A DNA stretch of 64,000 nt, from the NCBI RefSeq assembly GCF_021869535.1, contig NW_026262745.1, positions 7,998,001-8,062,000 of the forward strand, given 5' to 3'. Below, piece by piece: positions 11,346 through 24,670 of this stretch; the first letter of the stretch is position 1; each line of letters starts with the position of its first letter. The notes under the pieces are model-generated. The model was not told the DNA's origin, made no database searches, and saw only the letters and a program-made list of their open reading frames with translations. This DNA is from Mytilus californianus (Eukaryota). The position numbers were made by a program, and so were the translations under genes.

Positions 11346-13489
11346 TATGGTCTTGAGTTATAGATTCTAGTTGCTAGAGTTGTGTATCATTTTATTTACT
11401 TAACAGTTTTTTTTAATTATTTGTCTTTGTGCCATTGTATTCCTTTTGGTCGTATTACTCGTGACATGACTTGGTATTTGTGCATCCAGCTATCAGGATT
11501 TTGGCTTGGTGTGTTCCTGGTGCAAAAGGGATCAGATGTGCTATTCGGACGCAAGAGGTTCTTACAGTGGTATTATCAGTTGGGTTACCCTTATTATTTC
11601 ATATTGATTAAATTGTACTTTATCAGAAAAGTTTATACTAGTAAGACATTATGTTTTATTTATTGAATGTAATATTTACTACAAAATGTTGGCGTCTTTG
11701 TCAGATTCACTATCAACTGCAATAACTGTTTTGTTGGCGTCTTGATCTTATGTATTAGTATGTTTGTTTGTTTTTTTCAGTCAGTTGTGTTGTATGACTG
11801 TGATGTTTTTTACACAGTTTTGGCTGCTGGGTCCCAATTATTGTCGTATTAACCAAACATATGTGTTTGGGTTGCTCATATAAATTTGACAATATAACGG
11901 AATTATAACAACTGTCATATAAGTGGAAGGTTTAACTAGCCATAAAACCAGCTATTTTATCCTTTTTTTTTGGGGGGGGGATGCCTGTACCAAGTCGCTT
12001 AGTTTGTTGATATTGTCTAACATTTGATTTTGTTGGGTTTTATGGACTTCCCCTTTTTATATGTATCTTGGAATTCAGTAGGTATTTTTGGAGAAAACTT
12101 GAAATATATGGGTTTTCTGGGTTTTTTTCTACATGTACAGTATTTTGACGACAATAATTTTGTAAGAAAGTGCACTCTTATTTTTTTGGAAAGGTTCAAA
12201 AGCCGATATCACATTCAGAAATATACATATGTAAACGTATATGTATATATATATACTGATATTACTTTAACACATGGTGTTGTAGTTATCTCTAATATAT
12301 ATGAAGAAAAAGATAGATGTTTGTGTGTTTTATTGATCCGGTATATACAGATGAGAGTCAGAGTTTTGTTACTATTATCAATACTTATAAGGGACACCAT
12401 AGATACTCTAGTACTAAACATTTGTTCTGTATCTCCTCCTCTGAATTATTTCTTCTGCGTTTAATACATACTCACCATTACAAACTTTCAACATCCGAAA
12501 ATGGAACAAATAAAACATTCCGGTCATGTTAAATACTGCCAATAATCAAATCGATGTCAATCTCCATAAATTATGAGACTCGGATTAAACAACATATTAG
12601 AATTACATCCTTTATCAGAATTTCAATTATGTGAAAAGCAAAAAATTCCACTATCTGGACGTGAAAACCTATAAAAATCATTTAATAATCATGATAATAT
12701 AAATGGAAGAAGCAATAATGTATGACTTTCATAGAATTCTAATTTTTTTTTTTTTTTTTTTTTCACAAATGTTATTAACGTTTAACACTTTATTGTAACC
12801 GAACATTTTGTATTGCTTATTAATATAGCATAATGAGTAACTCGGTATAATACTTAATCAAATATAATCATTTTGAAACACTATAGAACTATTATTTGAT
12901 AAAATGTGACCATATATCATTTTAATTATGTAGCAGTATAACTCGATAGACGATATCAAATGGCGACATTTTTAAAATAACGTTAAATTTTTGTTACTAG
13001 ACAACAATTAGATATTTAGTTACTAGACACAATAAAAATTCGTTACATAATTCCTTATATAATTATTTTAGATTTATCAGATAACATCAGTTTTTATTGT
13101 AAATTTAAATCAAGTTGTATTTTTAACCTAAACGTATGCTTTCGTTTTTAAGTTTGAAATGTTACTCCTGAACAAATAAAATAACTTCAGAACTTAATAA
13201 TTTGATTATATTCTTAAACCACTGATATATCTCAACAATTCATAATTCATAATAGCATCAGGAGCTTCTAACGTTGAAACCGTTACCCCGATGCTATTGG
13301 TTTATCCCAGGGTATTCCATGGCTTTTCCAGATTGATGACGTGACCGTAAATTATGACAGTAAAATCAGAAGGCACTTAAGGGCATGCGATGAATTATCC
13401 ATAGATCTGTGATCATTTGGATTGATACTACCGCTGTTGCAATTACTAGTCTTCTGATCTGATAATGTAATCTATAAAACAGAAAGGCG

Positions 13490-13770
13490 TAGTCCCCGAG
13501 AGTATGTATTATCAACTATCAATACATTTGATTTTATAAAAACAGTCGAGGTCAAGGGTGTTAAAACTGTTGCTCGTTTGACTATATAACGTTCCAACTC
13601 CCTCAGGCAAAGGTGACCTTAGATGAATTTGGCTTTTCCTTTATGGTTACCTTTTGTAGTATAGTTCTCGTTTTTTCATTAACTCATCCATCCGCGTTCA
13701 CACTTTTGAGTTTGAGCGTTCTTGATGGAAACTATTCAGACGATTCGGACACGCAAAATTAATAAAGTGT
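13490..13770 (+). mobile_element. Degenerate repeat with a decayed hammerhead-like end; same family as 44590-44835 (opposite strand)
   Basis: CTCCCTCAGGCAAAGGTGACCTTAGATGAATTTGGC near 13600 matches the reverse complement of GCCAAATTCATCTACGGTCAGCTTTGCTTGAGGGAG near 44680. Confidence 0.55.
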
Positions 13771-14559
13771 TTTTTTCATTTAATCATTTTATTTGATGAA
13801 TTCTAATTTCAATATTTGACATCGAAATTTGGTGTTTTTTTATACTTCTTTTTACATTTTCATAAGTTGAAAAAAAAATCAGCTCACGAATTATAGATTT
13901 TATTTTAAGAAAAGGTTCACGAAATGCAAAATTTCACGAAATAATCGTCCACGACTAAACGCCAAACTGTTCAATTTCATACAATCAAAGGTTTAGTTGG
14001 AATGGTTGAAGTTTCAAGTTATTGATCATTGCGAAGTCTCAAAAGTAATAAAAGATTTTAGATTTTTTTTGGTACTTTTACATTTACTGGTATTTTACAA
14101 AAGTTATAATTTAGGCCTATTTTTTAAAACATTGGAACCAACGGTTAATGTGTTACATACTAAATTCAGGTAAAAATATACAAAATGATCGAAAACTTAG
14201 GAATTCTACTTAATAGAGTTTGTATAAGAAACGTAGTTGACATAAACAAAAATAATGACAGTTCCTGGAAATTATGTGTATTTTATTTTGAGCAACCAAT
14301 ATCTGGTCGCAAAAATGATATTTATATAGTTATATTCGATGCAAAACTAAGGTAACCTAGGTTGACACTAAAGTGAATGTTGTTTAGATAATAATAATTT
14401 GAAATAGTAATTATATCTTATGTGAAATTCGGTCATCAGGGAGTGACTACTACATGTATCATTGATTTATATTACTAGATAAAAGTTTAATTTCACAACA
14501 TAAATGAAGACTATATCATGAATGCATCTCCTCAAATCCAATTTCCAATAAGCCAAACT

Positions 14560-15830
14560 ATGAAAATGTCACTTGAGAGAAGACCAATTCAGGTTGCCAA
14601 GTCAATGGCTAAGGCATTAGACATTTTAGTTTCTATTTGATACTGAGTCGTCATATATGAAATGGATATGAAAATACGATTAGATAATGCTCTTGATGTC
14701 AATGGAACCCAATTAGAAAAGTTTGGATTAAGTATGGTTAATGGTGAGATAACAGTTTCATAGTATTTCTGAAGACCTTCTTTCACTGCGGACAGAATTT
14801 TTGTCAATCTAATGGACAATTCCTTTGTATAACATGCAGATGAGCTGGCAATGAACCGTTTTTGTACGGAATTCTGTGAAGTTTAGGTATCCAATACAAA
14901 CCAGAAAATTCATCAGAATTGCTGTTCAATGTTTTGTTCATTGAAGCCATGCAAGACTTATGGTTCGCCAAAATCTCATCCTTGTCACATGTTAAACTGT
15001 TTTTGAATGTTGGATACCTGATTGCCTATTCATAGTAGTAAGATTTACACACAAAAACAATATTATTTGAAGCTTTGTCCGCAGGAACAACAACGTATTT
15101 ATTGTGAAGAGATGATAGACATTTCACAGCTTCTTTTCTTTGAATACGGACTTTGGTCGATCAATCACACAGTTTTTCAACTTTTGGATTCGACGTTTTA
15201 TCAGAGACCTGATTGCTTTAACCCATTCTAACAAAGTGTCGAGTTCAACTTCATTTCGTATAGCCCATGCTCTGGCGTAGTCTGCAATGGAATTTATAAT
15301 TATTTTGAAGTTATGGTTTCAATTGATGCGTTGGGGTTCTTTGAACTTAGGACCATGATATATCACCTTTCGACGATGTTCATGTTGAATTATGTTTAGA
15401 TCCCCAGTCATTACATAGCCAGAGGGGCTGTAAATATAAGGCAAGTGGGAACAGTCACATGTCAGAGGTTTTTTTTAAGGTTTTCTTCTAAATCAAGGTC
15501 TTGCAATGCTTTCTTATACTTGTTAAATACTTTAGGTGCAATGGTTTTGGTGTAACTGTAGGATACAAAAGGAACAAACTGATTTTGTTGATAGCATCGA
15601 TTCCTTTATTAGAAAACTGAACTGGAAGGAATTTCCTATTTTCATCATGTAATGGTTCCGATCTTACTGGTTTAAAAAAACAAAAAAGAGCTACATCACA
15701 AATTATACTGACCAGTCTGTATATTGGAGAAAATGTATTTATGCATCCCTTGTCAAGTGCATAATCTCTTAAACATTTTCGGAGATTAACAGGCAATGTA
15801 AAAAGAATGGTTTTAATGTAATGTTACCCT
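14560..15830 (-). pseudogene. Internally deleted relic of the same Penelope-like family as 10520-11345
   Basis: Fragments FSNKGIDAIN (ORF 15488-15796), EGLQKYYET and TILNPNFSNWVPL (ORF 14589-14819). The last matches INSPNI..WVPLIYP near 10940-10975 on the opposite strand. Confidence 0.7.
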
Positions 15831-18512
15831 AGCAGATTATGAGGATGTGAAGGAAGGTCATCAAAGCTCCTAGAGGGCGATCTAGACCATTTTACATTGG
15901 GCCGATGGTAATGTTTTTGCCCATGACTACGTTGGGGTCTTAAGTTAGTATTAAGTAGGCTCAATACATACACTTTGGATAGTTGTCTCATTGTCAATCA
16001 TACCACATTTCCTTCTTTTATTATGTAGTTAATTCATATAATTGCAATTCTAACACTCTTATGTCTTCATTGAACATCAATATATATATATGACTTTCAT
16101 ACCATCTCATATATAATCGTCATAAATGACCTCTAAATCAGGAGGTTACATTTTCTCCTGAGAAAAACGTATTTAAAAAACATCATTATATAGACACTTG
16201 TTTTGTCAGAGACAGTAATATTTTGGGTCAACTAGAGTATACGGACATATATAGTTCCTTTTATTTTTAGATATACTACTGATACTGTTAATATTAACCT
16301 TAGATCTATGTTAAAATAAAACAAATTACCTAGAATGGTGGACAGGTCTTTTACGTTTTGATTTTTGTATCGTTGTGTTACTGTCTCATTGAAATCTACC
16401 CAATGTATCCTTTTATTTAAATCTGATTTCGCAGATAATATTCATTTGATTGGTACAATTTTCATATAGAGATATTATTACTCCTAGTTTTAAAAAAAAA
16501 CCCTTCGATTTGTAAAACTATCAGAATGAATGTAAAACAAGTTTATTGAAATTATCAGACCATACCGTATCAACAAATTTACTTCCAAACGAGGAAGACC
16601 TCCTTGATCTATGTGTATTGTGATATACATGAATTATTGTTATTGTATTGGCATATGCATTCATTTGAAATACAATTAACTTGATTTTCAATATGATAAC
16701 ATTCATGATACTATCGACACAATGTAGTTGTTTTAAACGTAATTGAATATTTCGGAATCTCGTGTAGTATAGTCATCTGGTAAATCGACGTAAAAATATT
16801 TATATTAAAAAACTATTGAATTCACTGTATTTTTCGATCCATACCAGGAAAACTGTTTTAATTACGTCGGACAGGAAATACAATGATCAATGAAAAAAAT
16901 ATGTAAACATTAGATATTAAATCAAGAAAGTACATTTGTATTGAAAACATAAAGCTTTCAAAGTATGTGTAAACTAACCAAAAGAATAGGTTGACACGTC
17001 ATAAATACAGCTTTGTAATACATTCATAGGCCACATCAATTTAATGTATATTTTATAAAAGAAAACGCAACATTTGAAAACATTCACCGTATTATACAAA
17101 TGTATGATCAATAGAAACATCGTAAAAGATGGCCATATACATTTTTAGACTTAGCCATCAAAACAAAATAAATGGCACCTTTTTGAAGGCTGGTATTCTA
17201 CCCGAATAAATGAACATGCACATGCACATTGAACATATTTACTTAATTGAAAACTGTGACGTAATTCTATGCACCCGGAAGAGGCCATACAGATATAAAT
17301 CATCTATAATCCAATCAATCGGCACTAAGCTCAGCCTAGTATGTTATGATTTTATATGTTTGCTGGTGTTTGGTACTACATATATTAAATCGATTAACAA
17401 ATAAACAACCACAGCAATAATGATTTTCTTATAATACATATAGCACTGATGGATGAACACCTTTTTTCCTGACTTCCCATTCATCTATAACAAACCCATT
17501 TACAATACATTCTTACTATTAAATATGTAATGGCTTGGTGACGACTACGTGATCAATTAGTCCAAGGAATGAACGGATAAAGGGTTCAGTACAATAATTG
17601 ATTATTATCCCGTCCTGGTTCTGTAAATGTGTTATTTTAATTTAAACAAGTACATTCTATTCGGTTAGTTTTTAAGTTTTACTGTAAAACATTTCCTTCC
17701 GTACTTGTTTTACGTCATCTTAGAGTATAATATAGCAAGATAACGAATTAATTCTGTTTTTTCTAAGTTCAACAATAGATATGCAAGCACATTCGTAACA
17801 TACACACAAAGCAAACATTTGTTTTGTAGGTAGGTTTAAATATAATGGTACAAATTTGAGTATTTGCGCATTGTATAAACAGACAAACACGATTATATGA
17901 TACCGTGTCGGTAATAATATCTTACAATTATATAAAGGGAAATACTTAAAGAGTACATATGAATTGATAATCTATGTTACTAATCATTTAAGAAAATTAC
18001 AAGTTAAAAATAGTGGAAAAAATAATGGACAACTATTAGTTATCAGTTGAGCGTTTCATTCAAAGTTTACAAAAATGTCCGAAAATTAATAACTTTTGAC
18101 GCTTGTTGACATATGCATTGTTGAAATGTGTGAAAAGGAGAATATTTTGGAAGATTAATTACAAGTTAACACAGAAGTGTTCTGATCCCAATTTTCTGTC
18201 ATAAGTAAGGAAGCGTCTTTCGTTGTGTATAAATCAAAAAGACAAAAAAGAAATGGAATGTTTACATGTATGGAGATAGAAGTTGATGTCTACGAGGATG
18301 GTTGTAATACAAGGAAAATATTGTAGGTAATTGAAAGTAAGTCGTACAATATGGCGGAAAAACTCATGAATTAAAACTATTCGGGAATTGTTTGTCATCT
18401 AATCATTGTTTTCAGACATCACATTTTGCACAGTAATAAGAAATGAAGCAACAAAACGTTTTCCTAATACAGTATTCGTGTACAAAAGAACAGTTTCAAG
18501 ATTGAAATCTGT

Positions 18513-21500
18513 ATGGCATTTGATGATAAAGCAACTCTGTTTTCATCTGACCACTCCTACAGTTTCGAAATAACAACTGTTCACTTCAACTTGTCAACTA
18601 ATTATTCAAGTGACCTTTCCGATACCGATGTCAAAGCTATAAGAGAGGCAGCAAAATGGTTATGGATAATCATTTCACCGATTTTACTCGTGTTCGGTTT
18701 GATTGGAAATATAAGAATATTGTTAGTCCTGTGGAGAATACAAGTTTGCAAGAATTTAACCTATATATTTCTATTCATTTTAGCCACGATCAACACGGTT
18801 GTTCTCATCGTTGGTCTGACAAGGTATTGGATATTGGCAACTTTCGACTTCGATATTCGGGATATAAGTACGCCAGGATGTGTCTCACAACTATTTTTGA
18901 TTTATTTTTCTATGCATATGTCTTCCTGGACTCTTGTATGCATAACAACGATCCGATTCCTCAAAATTAAGTTCTCTCTCCGTTCTTTTTCTAGAACATT
19001 GAAAATTTTGTACATTGTAACTTTTGCGATTTGTTTGGCACTGGATTTTCACTTTGTTTTTACTAATGGTCTTATTTTAATAGACAACAAATATGTATGC
19101 AACAATACATCTATCGAATATTTTGAATTTGAAGAAAAGGTTTTTGTGTTGATTGACTTAGCCGTGCTTTCTGTCATTCCATTCATCATAATGTTCGTTA
19201 TGAACTTATTTATTGGAAAAAGAGTTTTGAAATCCATAGCTTTTCGTAGAAAATCAATTTCTAGCAACCAAAGCAGACAAAGTGTGAACCGTCAGAGTAA
19301 GAGAATAACGCGAATGTTATTTTTTACCAGCCTGTATTTTTTGATAACAACACTTCCAGTCTCAGTTTTATTTGTTGTTGACTCATATCTACCTGACAAG
19401 AAGTCTGTTAAAATGGAGGCAAATTTGGAACTTGCGAAAGCAGTTTTATATTTATTCCAGTTTTCGTTTTATGCTGTTAGCTTTTATATTTATATCGAGA
19501 GAAGGGAAAACTTCAGAAAGAGTTTGCCATGCTGCAAAGACAAAAAGGAGTAAGTTTCTTTAAAATGTAAAAATAACAAAAGTTGCAAGAAAAATGTACA
19601 GTGCATTTTCAAAACTTTATTCTACCATTTTCTTGAACCCCATAAGATCAATAAATGGAACTCGATGATTACTATGTGGTTAATTATTGGTCAATTAGAA
19701 GGTGGTTAGCATCCGGAATACACACAAAAGTACATAGAAGTCAAAACACGTTCTTCAACAATCGGCATACTTTTTATCAAGCACTAAAGTGCCTTGAGTC
19801 TTTACAAATAATGAACAAATTGAACACAGAAAATCAACGATCTACTATAAACAGCAATATTCCTTTAGTACAAAAAACATTGGCATTTAATTAAAAGGCA
19901 GCCACTGGTGACTCTCCCAATTTATAACCGTACTTAATAATGTAGCAGGGTTAAACTGGTTTGGGCACAACAAGCGAAACGTTTTCGTCTTATTTAAAAC
20001 ATCAATCTATAGTTATGTAAATTAAACTCGACTGAAAAAGGCTCTGATTTTAAAGCAACAGTACTATTATATCCTCTTTGAATACTTCTATCGCAAGCGA
20101 GAGACGAGAAGAACACTTTCTAAACATATTCGCTTATTGGATAATAGTAACCAGGATGCATGTGAAATCCATTCTTTAAAATAGATTTCTGCAAGTAAAA
20201 TCCTACCACCACAATAAATTTTCACATTTGTTTTAAAACTTATATTTTTATTTCGTTGATTAACGATATCTATATCCCTGCCTTACTACTGATGATAATG
20301 CTACTTATTTTATTGAAATCTGAGATGTCTCAGCAAACATTCGCATATCGAACCAACTGAAACAAATCATTACATTAAAAAAGGGAAGAGAAAGAGTGAC
20401 GAAAGATACCAAAGGGACATTCAAACTCATATGTCGAAAATAAACTAACAACGATATAGCTAAATAGATTTTTATCGGGAAGTTAACAATAGGAAAAAAA
20501 GTCAAACATTTTGATTGAATTGTCACACGATAAATTCTAATATAAAGATCTAATAAGGGATGAAGATCGCATTGGCTATAGAAAGAGTAAGCTCAAGTCG
20601 ATCAATTTGATTGGTAAAGTCAGAAAAATCCGGATTATTCAGAAAGAATCTGCTGTTACTTATTGAATGATAGCAAGCAAGGAACAAATTATGTGTCGCA
20701 TAAGACCCAACACAATCAAAATAAGATATGTTTTTTTCCATCCTGGCTGTCTAGTTAATATAAATTTTAAAAAATTGCATGATACACGTCAATAAGACAG
20801 CAACCCAACGGCAGCAATAACTAAAAGACAGCTAGAGGGATACAAACAGTCTTATACACGCATCATTTCGATATCTTCATCATATTAAGAAATGTTGATA
20901 AGTTTTCAAAACTGTAAGACTTACTTAAGATATTTTTTTTTTCATTTATGATACAATAACATATGTCAGAAAAATACGTTTGAAGTAATGACTAGATCAC
21001 AAAAGAAAAGGTTACAATCCAGACAAATGAATGACCGACAGTTTCTGACGTTTCAATATCTTTCTGATTTTTTTCGTGTTGTTTGGATGTTTTCTCAATA
21101 ACGTTTAAAATAACCCCAATTGTATTCAAATCGAAGAGCGTAAATGCATGTTATTGAACAAATGTAATTAAGAATGGAATAATACATGTTTAAAGACAGG
21201 ATAAACATGAGATGAAATGCTTATAATAATTTATTGTAACATTAAACAGATCAATGCATGTATTTTATTTTTTTCAATGTGTTTTATTTTGATTTTATAT
21301 TTTATTTCAGATCTGAAAATCCGGATTCTTTTTCACGAGGAGCCTCTTCTTTTTCAACAGCTAGTCGTTATTTGAGTTTCGATGAATCTACAAATGGCAC
21401 GAACATTGATAGAAATTATACAACTGAAATGAACATTAATACTCATTCAAATACTTTTGTGCCTAATTATCAATTACCAGATATCCATCAATCCTCGTTA

Positions 21501-21548
21501 TCTACAACTCGCCAATCCATTACGGAATTACCGAACAGGCTGTCTTAG
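18513..21548 (+). CDS. Orphan class A GPCR, paralog A, two coding exons (18513-19549, 21311-21548; 424 aa)
   Basis: 346-aa 7TM ORF ends at a GA|GTAAGT donor. The TTTATTTCAG|A acceptor at 21311 is in phase (GA+A = Glu) and opens the Ser/Thr-rich ORF 21258-21548. Paralog B has the same structure. Confidence 0.85.
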
Positions 21549-23615
21549 GAACCGTCAAATTCAGTTCATACAATAAATTTTCTGATATAGATAATCATAG
21601 GAGGGGAGATAACATTCGAACAAATCGAATATCATTTGAGCTTTCTAGTATTTGCCAGACTATTCGGGAGTATCAGATCAAACTTGTATTTGACGACATT
21701 TATGAACACAGATTGAAGTGAACAAATCAGTTCCGTCATTTAAATTTAATGTCGTTGAAATGAATGAGAAGGATTATGGTATAAAATAAAGACTGTTTCC
21801 GTCTACTCTTATTCAAACTGTTTGTAGTATTATTTTTTTTTTCTGTTACTAGTCAGACAATAAAATAGTATTTGCTGTTTGCACAAAATGCAGCCTCGTT
21901 GTATTGTGTCTATATATTTCATGGGCATTGCAGTCATCTGTTGATTTACAGAATGTTTGACTCTATTCCGTTGAATATTAACAACGTATGAAAAATCAGG
22001 ACTATCAGTTCAGGGCTAGCTGAATTAGCAGTTTTGTTGGCACTTGAACATTGTTTAAAGCAGTGAGGTAATCTCTGGTACCTTTCGTTGATAGATTTCT
22101 GTCTCATTTAGTAGGTAACCTCTTGACAATAATTTTAAGCTTCCTATCGTAAGGTATCAGTTAGGTAACCTCTGCATTTTGAATTTGGGCTATATATCGT
22201 TTGTGGGTTTCTTTCATGAGCAGTGAGGTAACCTCTGGGTAATACATTTTGGTAACTGAAAACAAACATTGAAAAGTTACAGAAACCGAAAAAGGATTAT
22301 AATATAGAACAAAAGGACATTGGTAAACATAGCTAGAAATAAATGACATTTTTGTTTTCTTTTTTCAAATAAATGTCTTAAATGTAAATCGTTCAGTCTT
22401 GCAAAATATAAGATTTTCCTTTTATACTCAAATTCATTAACCATGCTATAGAAAGAAATCATAATTTCTTCAAACTATTATTTGTCATATCATTTACTTA
22501 ATCATGTCTTCATTTTGTAATTCAATCAGCTATAATTATTGTGTTATATGTCATTTTTCAATAGGTTTACGAACTACATATCAACTTTTTCTTTTATTAA
22601 AAACTCAGACTCTTGCTCTTTGATGTCTGGCAAATAGTTAGGAGAAAATGCACTCTCTGAAGTAGAAATACAATTAGCGCTCTAGATGCAGATCACTTTA
22701 GCGGTTCTTCTGAGCAAACTGGGGAAAAATCCCTATTACTGCTCAGGATCTTCAATGTGCTTTTGGTTAAATATGGTATGTGTATTGAAATGGGTGAAAT
22801 ATAGGAATAGGATATTGAATTGCAAGAAGCCATAGTTATTCAAAGATTTCAAACACGAATTAAGATTTGCATTTTCGATCTCGCTTCTTTATTTCAATAA
22901 CATGTAAATAAGAAGTCCATGAACATGTAGTTTCTAAACTTGTGCACAGTTACTCATGTGTAATCGTTGACACGATGTCAAAAAGATAATTGTGTTTTTT
23001 ACTTCCCGACTGCAAAACATAATACAAATTTAGTGGATGTATTTTGTATACACGGTATTTATTAACATTACAATGAATAATTCAATGGTAAGTCTACTCA
23101 TAGATATTATACATATAGTCTACTGGTGTCAGGTGCATACAGAATGGTCTATTTTCCAAATCAAAAGTCAGTGTTCAATCAATTTCTTTGGTTTATATAA
23201 TCACTAGAAGTAAACATGTAATCTTTATTTTATTATCTGTTAAGGCAGCGTAATTTAAATTTATGTAAAAAAAGTGTGTAAAATAACGAAACATTTCAAT
23301 AGAAACAAAGACAAACTATCAAATCTTTGCAATACTCATTCAATAAAATGTCTTTTAATACATTAAATATTGAGTATTTACTAGTTTTCAATGTCGTTGT
23401 TCTGTAGATTTTGTTTTGAATGAAATTTGGATGTGATAAAAGATAAATAACTCTATTAAATTATGATCATTGTATTACAATTTGATTAATTTTCAGATCT
23501 ATGAGCATGATTTTAATAAATTACATGATCTTGTCAGAGGTAGAATACCAGTATTTTAAATTCAAATGATAACTATTTAATATACCTCTCAATACTAAAC
23601 CGAGATAATATCATC

Positions 23616-24670
23616 ATTAGGTCTTTCCACTTTTCGTGGAAAGACCTTTTGCTTTTGTTCTGATTATTTTTTTTTTCTTCTGCCGTCTGAGATGCTTTTT
23701 TGTTTTACAACATATCGAAAGGATTTTTGGCCAATGATGTCGTACAGTAATAGAGATTTCAAAACTCACCCTGTGTAACCAAACACTTATTCTTGTAGGA
23801 GTTATCTCCCCACGTCCCCTTTTTCTTGTTATCTTTATTTCTCTGAATCCGTAAAAGATTTCAACAAACTGTTTGCACCAAATTATTTGTCTACTCTCGA
23901 GAATGTTTTGGTTAAGTTTAATTGATGTGATCGGATGACATCTTATGGGAGTTATTTCCCTTTGAAAATTTAACATAGGTGATATGTTGAATAAATTCAT
24001 ACATGATAAGTCATAGAGGCCTAAAGTCTTTTGATATAAAGTCCTTGGTCCATTTGGAGGAAATTGAGGTCAAGGTCAAAGGTCAAAGTCATGTTCTAAA
24101 TTTCAAATTTTGCTTGTTATCTTTATTCAAAAGAAACCATAACAGTTAATGATATAATGTGTTTGCCACATAATTGTTTACGATAAGGTGCAACTTCAAC
24201 CCATTTAAGTCGAAGTGTTTTGGTCAACCCTTATAGGAGTTTTTCCCCCTTATGTATTTGAAATCAGTATTACTCCGCAACCATACAAGTGAATGACCTG
24301 GGTTCTTTTGATTTGAGATCACTGAACTATGACCTTGGAATTGAGGTCAAGGTCAAAGATCAATTTGACGTTCTAGATTTTGACCTTTGCTAAAAGATCT
24401 TACTGGTTCATTATAAAACAATTAAGTTTTCGGCATTTGGTTGTAGACATTTCACCATTTATCAGGTCAACCGGAAATGACAGTATTTTAACCGGAAGTA
24501 GCCTATTTCAGACTAATCCTATGTAAAAGTACCTAGAATTCTTATTTTTTAATATCAGTTTGAAGTAACAAATTACATGAACCAAGAGTGCATTTTCCAA
24601 CACCTTTTTTTAAATTTCATTCTTTATTATCGAGGTGGAAAGACCTTAAATTGTTCTCTGAACAATTAGT
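23616..24670. mobile_element. Helentron-associated / DINE-1-like non-autonomous element (HINE)
   Basis: 5' hairpin AGGTCTTTCCAC-TTTTC-GTGGAAAGACCT; the same GTGGAAAGACCT recurs at 24635-24646, followed by stem-loop AATTGTTC-TCT-GAACAATT. T-rich target. Absent at the paralogous site near 34550. Confidence 0.8.

Noticed and set aside
12024-12532. Overlapping ORFs including a 146-aa hydrophobic one
   Set aside because: They start in a SINE-like fragment and run through low-complexity AT-rich sequence with no motif.
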